Origin: Clostridia bacterium | Lineage (GTDB): Bacteria > Bacillota > Clostridia > Lachnospirales > JAOARL01 | Assembly (NCBI GenBank): GCA_025210555.1 | Contig: JAOARL010000005.1 | Coordinates: 55,671 to 119,670 of the forward strand | Length of the DNA stretch: 64,000 nucleotides | Direction: 5' to 3' | Shown here: positions 59,039 to 64,000 of the stretch, in pieces | How positions within the stretch are numbered: position 1 is the stretch's first letter | How the letters are laid out: every line of letters starts with the position of its first letter | Made by a program: the position numbers and the translations under genes | The notes under the pieces: generated by a model | What the model saw: the letters and a program-made list of their open reading frames with translations, nothing else | Database searches by the model: none | Told to the model about the DNA's origin: nothing

Positions 59039-59368
59039 ATGTACAAATGTTCAGTTTGCGGATTAGTTCACTGGGGTGAAGAGCCTTTTGAAAAATGTCC
59101 AAAATGCGGTACTAACAGAGAAAACTTTAAGAAGTTAGATGAGGCTGAAGAAGCACTAATACAAAACTCAAGAATAACTAATGAGCTTCATATGGGGCTA
59201 TTTGAAAAACTAAGAGAAGTTGAAGAAATATGTGAAGCTGGAAGTGAAATAAACTTAGATCCTGGTTGCTATAAAATCTTCAATGAATTACTTGATATAG
59301 TTTATGAAAAACAACAAGAAATATTAGCTGAAATATCAGGTCATGTTAATAAAGGAAAATGGAATTAA
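59039..59368 (+). CDS. Rubredoxin-like zinc-ribbon protein with helical C-domain
   Basis: 109 aa. CSVCG...CPKCG knuckles. RBS AAGGAG. Confidence 0.6.
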   Translation: MYKCSVCGLVHWGEEPFEKCPKCGTNRENFKKLDEAEEALIQNSRITNELHMGLFEKLREVEEICEAGSEINLDPGCYKIFNELLDIVYEKQQEILAEISGHVNKGKWN

Positions 59369-59383
59369 TTGCAGTTTAAAACA

Positions 59384-59407
59384 AAAAACACCTTGCGGTG
59401 TTTTTTA
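59384..59407. terminator. Bidirectional terminator between the rubredoxin-like (+) and YjbR (-) genes
   Basis: AAAAAACACC-TTGC-GGTGTTTTTT. Confidence 0.7.
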
Positions 59408-59426
59408 ATTTATAAAAATTTTATAC

Positions 59427-59807
59427 TTAATTATCTCCTATTTCCTTCTGCATTTTCTTAGTAAGAGACTCAAAAACCAATCTATATGCCATATCCACCA
59501 TAAACCTTAGCTCATCATCTGGTAAATTGCCATTTATAAACACAGTATTCCAATGTTTCTTATTCATATGATAACCTGGTATGACATCCGTATATTTTTC
59601 TCTTGCCATCTCTGCATAAATAGGATCTACCTTTAAATTTATTATAGGTCTTTTCATATTATCAAAACTAACCATAGCATATATCTTATTCCCAACCATA
59701 TATCTAGTTGCATTATTCCATTCAACTTTCAAATCTTTAATCGTACCCTTTTTACTTATACAATATTCATCAAACCACTCATAATTCATAACACTACCTG
59801 CTTTCAT
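59427..59807 (-). CDS. MmcQ/YjbR-family protein
   Basis: 126 aa. VIPGYHMNKKHWNTVFING is the family hallmark. Alternative start at 59789. Confidence 0.75.
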   Translation of the reverse strand: MKAGSVMNYEWFDEYCISKKGTIKDLKVEWNNATRYMVGNKIYAMVSFDNMKRPIINLKVDPIYAEMAREKYTDVIPGYHMNKKHWNTVFINGNLPDDELRFMVDMAYRLVFESLTKKMQKEIGDN

Positions 59808-59839
59808 TTACAAAAAAAGACTATTTACATAGCCTTTTT

Positions 59840-60403
59840 TTATTTAATTTCATATTCTCCTCTTACCATTACCCATCCATAAGTTTTCATAAGAATACCT
59901 CTCTCATCATCTCTTGGAGTGATAAGCAAATGATATTTAGGAATATCTTGATCTTGACTTATATCAATACCATCTGTTATATCTTGTAATCCTCCTGCTT
60001 CACTAGCAAGTGCTACTGCTTTTCCGCTTCTTAAAATTATTTCAGTCGACTCTTTTCCAAGTAAAGATTGTCCTTCATTTATATCTATAGCAACAAACTT
60101 ACCATTTGATGTATTTACATTTGATTTTAGTTCTGCATACTGTTCTGTAAGTAAATCCATCATCTCTTTTAATTCCTTACTATCTGATGTTTCTTCACTA
60201 TCTCTATCTGACTTATCATTTGTTTCAGTTACTTTTATATCTCCAAGACTCTCTTTTAACTTTTCTAATTCTGAATCTACATAGCTCTTTGTAACAACTG
60301 GATCTTTAATGCTTCCTGGTTCGTATGTTACTGCATCAACAGCCTTTACAATTGAAAATACTACAAAAAAACTTATTACTAGTTTAACCCCTAAATTTTT
60401 CAT
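59840..60403 (-). CDS. Hypothetical secreted protein
   Basis: 187 aa. Signal peptide ...SIVKAVDA, acidic linker, conserved-looking C-domain. Begins 2 nt after the upstream LCP stop. Confidence 0.6.
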   Translation of the reverse strand: MKNLGVKLVISFFVVFSIVKAVDAVTYEPGSIKDPVVTKSYVDSELEKLKESLGDIKVTETNDKSDRDSEETSDSKELKEMMDLLTEQYAELKSNVNTSNGKFVAIDINEGQSLLGKESTEIILRSGKAVALASEAGGLQDITDGIDISQDQDIPKYHLLITPRDDERGILMKTYGWVMVRGEYEIK

Positions 60404-60405
60404 GA

Positions 60406-61617
60406 TTATCTCACTTCCATTTCTCCTAAAATTATTTTAACATCTATTCCTTCTTTTAATTGTGCTTCATCTACAATAATTTCTGGTTTATAAAATAATT
60501 GCTCATAGTACTTAGTATTTTTCTTATCTTTAAGTATTATCTTTGTATATTTATTATCTTTCGTTTCATTAATGTATTTTATGTTTTCAAAACCATAACT
60601 TTTCAATTTACTTAAATAATATGTTGAAAGCCCATATATTTTAGCTGAACTTGATAATTCTATTGTTTCTTTTTTTGCACCCTTATCTAAATATGCTAAT
60701 AGTCTACTACTAGCCTTATGTACTTCTTTTGGATTTGTTTTATAAAAATCAATTCCTCTTATCTGAACTCCCATTTGACCTGGTAATGTTTCCATATTTA
60801 CAGAATCAACATTTATATTTTTAGCGATACCTATGTAATCTCCAATTTCCATAATGTTAAAATCTGTCTCAACATATGTAAACATAGTTTTTGCTAAATC
60901 TGTAAGAACTCCTATATCTGTAAGTTTTTCTTTTGATAATATTTTCTTAGCAAACTCCTTTAAAAACATTTGCTGAATTTGTATTCTTCCAATGTCACCA
61001 TTTCTATAACTTCTATATCTAACAAGTTGCTCTGCTTTTCTTCCATCCAAATGCTGCATACCCGGATATAGATTTATATATAATGCTTGAACTGGGTCAG
61101 AGTAAAACATTCTTTCTGGAACATTTATATCAACTCCACCAATAGTGTCCACAACATTTCTAAAAGCACTAATATTCACTTTTGCATAATAATCTATATT
61201 TATATCAAGTAATCTCTCTACTTCATAAGTAGTTATCTTATTCGCATATTTTCTTCCTGCATAACTATGAACCTCGTTAATCTTTACTAATCTATCTGAG
61301 TTAATGTTCTTACCATACTCCATCATATCAATAGTATCTTCTTCTACTTTAACCATTGTATCTCTTGGTATTGAAAGTATATTAACTGTATTAGTTTTTT
61401 TATTAAGTGAAACTACAAATATAACATCGGTTCTTATCTCTTCTTTGTCTACTCCTAATATAAGAAAGTTTATATTATCTGCACTAGTCTTCTTATTAAA
61501 TTTATTTAAAAAGTGCGTATGATCTAAGTCATCTTCTCTAAAACAGATCCCCTTTAATATATTTACAAATATAAATATTAGCATAAAAAAAGTTAATAAT
61601 TTAAAAATTTTATTCAC
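60406..61617 (-). CDS. LytR-CpsA-Psr (LCP) family protein, copy 1
   Basis: 403 aa. GTG start with TGGAGG. LILGVDK..RTDVIFVVSL..LSIPRDT, GRKAEQLVRYR. Confidence 0.88.
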   Translation of the reverse strand: MNKIFKLLTFFMLIFIFVNILKGICFREDDLDHTHFLNKFNKKTSADNINFLILGVDKEEIRTDVIFVVSLNKKTNTVNILSIPRDTMVKVEEDTIDMMEYGKNINSDRLVKINEVHSYAGRKYANKITTYEVERLLDINIDYYAKVNISAFRNVVDTIGGVDINVPERMFYSDPVQALYINLYPGMQHLDGRKAEQLVRYRSYRNGDIGRIQIQQMFLKEFAKKILSKEKLTDIGVLTDLAKTMFTYVETDFNIMEIGDYIGIAKNINVDSVNMETLPGQMGVQIRGIDFYKTNPKEVHKASSRLLAYLDKGAKKETIELSSSAKIYGLSTYYLSKLKSYGFENIKYINETKDNKYTKIILKDKKNTKYYEQLFYKPEIIVDEAQLKEGIDVKIILGEMEVR

Positions 61618-61708
61618 GTCTTGCCTCCATACTTTTAATCAACTAAAAGTATACCAATTTTTACATGTTTTTACAATTTATTTTTCATAATGTAAACTTT
61701 ATGTAAAA

Positions 61709-61733
61709 CAAAAAAAGAGAAGTTGCCTTCTCT
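61709..61733 (-). terminator. Rho-independent terminator between LCP copy 2 and copy 1
   Basis: Stem AGAGAAG/CTTCTCT, followed by T7 on minus. Confidence 0.65.
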
Positions 61734-61735
61734 TC

Positions 61736-62980
61736 TTATTCGTTTTTACCTAATATTATTTTTATATCTATATCATCGTCTAAAAATGCTGGTATTTGCT
61801 CAACTTTACTCATACTAAAAAATTCTTGTAAATCTTTACCAATATTTTCTTGTCTAGTTATTATTTTTGTATAGTTTTCAGCAACACCTTTGTAGTTTTC
61901 AACTCTAACTACATTATATCCTCTATCTTTCATTTCCCTTTTATATTTATTAGCTAAACCTGTTACGCCACTTCCGTTTAATATTTCAATTCGCTTTCCT
62001 AAGCTCGTTTGGATATATTTTTCATTTGAAACAAATAATCTTTTAACCATTTTATAAGTAGCTTCTGGATCGTATTGGTAATATGAAATACCATTTATTC
62101 CTTTCGGCGTACCTGGCAGAGTTTCCATATATAAATCAGTAAGGTTAAGTTCCATACCTTTTCTAGCATACGAAATCATTTCTGCTAAATCCATATCTGT
62201 TTGAACATATTTATATGCTGATGATATTAAAGATGTCATTGTTGCAATATTAAAGTTTTCTTTATCCATAACTTCTTTAACAAGTTCTTTAAGGAACATT
62301 TGTTGAACTTGTATTCTGTCAACATCGCCTCTTCTGTATCCTCCACCATTAGAACTTTTTCTAAATCTTACAAGCTGCTCTGCTTTTCTTCCATCTAAAT
62401 GCTGAACACCTGGTTGAAGGTTTATATACAACCCTTGTACCGGATCTACATAGTACATCCTTCTTGGAACGTTCATTGTAACTCCACCAATTCCATCTAC
62501 AATCTCTCTAAATGCTGTTATATTTACTTTTACATAATTATCAATCTTTATCCCTAAAATCTTTTCAATAGCTTTAACTGACATTTCATTTGCTTTTGCT
62601 CTTCCTGCATAAGCATGAACTTCATTTATTTTAACTGTCTTAGTTTTTGGTATATACCTATTATTATCTAACTCATTGTAGAATTTATCGTCTAAAATTA
62701 CTTTTGTATCTCTTGGTATAGATAATAAATTAACTTTATTTGTTTCAAAATTAACCGAGCAAACAAATATAACATCTGTTCTAACCCCTGCCTTATCTAC
62801 TCCAAATACTGCAACATTTAAAATATCATTCTCTGCACTATCTCTATTGAATTTTCCAAATAAATTTATTCCTTTACTAAATTCTTTTTCTTCAAAAGCC
62901 ACATAAGCAGCTGTTCCTATTGTTATAAACAATGTAAAGAATAGTAAAAACATAAACATTAAATGGAAAAACTTTTTCAT
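61736..62980 (-). CDS. LytR-CpsA-Psr (LCP) family protein, copy 2
   Basis: AVFGVDK..RTDVIFVCSV..LSIPRDT, GRKAEQLVRFR. ATG 62980 (MKKFFHLMF..., TM anchor) preferred. The track's 35-codon N-extension looks non-coding. Confidence 0.85.
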   Translation of the reverse strand: MKKFFHLMFMFLLFFTLFITIGTAAYVAFEEKEFSKGINLFGKFNRDSAENDILNVAVFGVDKAGVRTDVIFVCSVNFETNKVNLLSIPRDTKVILDDKFYNELDNNRYIPKTKTVKINEVHAYAGRAKANEMSVKAIEKILGIKIDNYVKVNITAFREIVDGIGGVTMNVPRRMYYVDPVQGLYINLQPGVQHLDGRKAEQLVRFRKSSNGGGYRRGDVDRIQVQQMFLKELVKEVMDKENFNIATMTSLISSAYKYVQTDMDLAEMISYARKGMELNLTDLYMETLPGTPKGINGISYYQYDPEATYKMVKRLFVSNEKYIQTSLGKRIEILNGSGVTGLANKYKREMKDRGYNVVRVENYKGVAENYTKIITRQENIGKDLQEFFSMSKVEQIPAFLDDDIDIKIILGKNE

Positions 62981-63112
62981 AAACTTATTTTCCACAGCTT
63001 TCCCCCATTTTTTTACTTCTTTATAATTATAACAATTAACATATATATTTTCAATGAATATAAAGTTACAAAAAAAGAAACTCATCTTAATTAATGAGTT
63101 TCTAAGTTTTTA

Positions 63113-64000
63113 TTATTCAGTTTCTCCGATAACTTCAACCGCTGGAGTTGGAGCTAACATTTGAGCCTTCATCATTTCCATGAAGTCAATACTATTTTCT
63201 TCTGTTACTTCTGGCTTAACAATCTCAGTTACATTACCAACGTTTTTGTACTCAGATTTAGCATTAAGTCTAATAGTTGCTGTTTCTTCAGCCTTAATAG
63301 ATACTACTAAGCTAAAATTAGAACCTTTAAACTTTCCATCTTTATCTAACATATATGTCATTTTCATTTCATCTATGTTAATTCCCATCATACCCATTAG
63401 TGCAATTCCACCATCTAATTGAGTGTTAAGTTCTTCCATGTATAATGCTTTAATTTCTTCGTCTGTTAAATTTTCATCTGTATAGATAGTTTTTAATGAG
63501 TCTAATGTAGCTTCATCTTCATTAAGAGCTAACTCTATTGCTCCAACTAAATATGCTTTAACATCTTCAATTGTAACATCTAAAGTTACATCGTAACCAT
63601 CTTCTTTTTCAGTTAAAACTAATCTGTCTTTAACACTGTCAATTACACCTTCATAGTTTTCTTTAACTAATTTCATTTGTCTTTCATATTCTGCCTTAAC
63701 ATCTAACTTAGCTGTAGACTCTCCCATTGCTTCCATTTCTTCTTTGATTGCTGGAAGATTCATAACAATGTATTTTCCAATAATTTCTGGGCTTTCTAAC
63801 TTTAACATTTCATTGTCAAGTTTGAACATAAACTCTTCATTGTCCGCATACATGAACATTTCGTAAGCTTGTCCCATAAACATTGCTTCAGCATTTAAAT
63901 CTAAATTAACTCCATCTTTAACTATTGCTCTCATATCTGCAGTTACTTTTGATCCTTTAAGCATTGCCACTGCTTGTTTCATTTCTTCAGATAATTTTTC
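63113..64000 (-). CDS. Hypothetical protein, probably 5'-truncated by the right edge (LolA-like lipoprotein guess)
   Basis: The frame stays open upstream of ATG 63982 to the window end (..EKLSEEMKQ) and that ATG has no RBS. M/E/D-rich sequence. Confidence 0.5.
   Translation of the reverse strand, partial: EKLSEEMKQAVAMLKGSKVTADMRAIVKDGVNLDLNAEAMFMGQAYEMFMYADNEEFMFKLDNEMLKLESPEIIGKYIVMNLPAIKEEMEAMGESTAKLDVKAEYERQMKLVKENYEGVIDSVKDRLVLTEKEDGYDVTLDVTIEDVKAYLVGAIELALNEDEATLDSLKTIYTDENLTDEEIKALYMEELNTQLDGGIALMGMMGINIDEMKMTYMLDKDGKFKGSNFSLVVSIKAEETATIRLNAKSEYKNVGNVTEIVKPEVTEENSIDFMEMMKAQMLAPTPAVEVIGETE

Overview
AT-rich window (roughly 27-28% GC by eye) from a low-GC Firmicute, Clostridia/Tissierellia-like by inference. 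It is densely coding: 54 of 58 CDS lie on the minus strand. Most of it is core housekeeping: dnaG (partial), dgt-like HD hydrolase, trkAH, nth, uvrA and uvrB, ftsEX-M23-ctpA, split transketolase, tagA, efp, pepP, yqeG, rnhA, nfeD-SPFH, polA, an ECF sigma/anti-sigma pair, one tRNA-Leu(CAA), ldhA and two LCP paralogs. I saw no rRNA, CRISPR array, transposase, integrase or recognisable defence system. Several things stand out. (1) Directly behind polA sits a tight unit: an orphan family-5 solute-binding lipoprotein, a 585-aa FtsA-like ATPase with C-terminal beta-grasp-like repeats, and a membrane GAF-GGDEF cyclase. (2) A 2275-aa secreted protein built from a recurring ~260-aa module plus two LamG-like domains, with no recognisable wall anchor, sits between a small helical ORF and a Nudix gene behind an ldhA with a Cys-rich tail. 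(3) Two normally adjacent gene pairs, uvrB/uvrA and pepP/efp, are each split by ~4 kb islets of mostly unknown genes. (4) A single-gene cassette is flanked by two identical 27-nt copies of one terminator hairpin. (5) A zinc-ribbon membrane gene carries an in-frame TAA after codon 18. (6) A B12/radical-SAM gene is translationally chained to two acidic unknowns and nth. All functional calls come from reading motifs in the supplied translations. No database search was possible, so family names such as DUF6273, DUF4080 and DUF4116 are recollections that need HMM confirmation.
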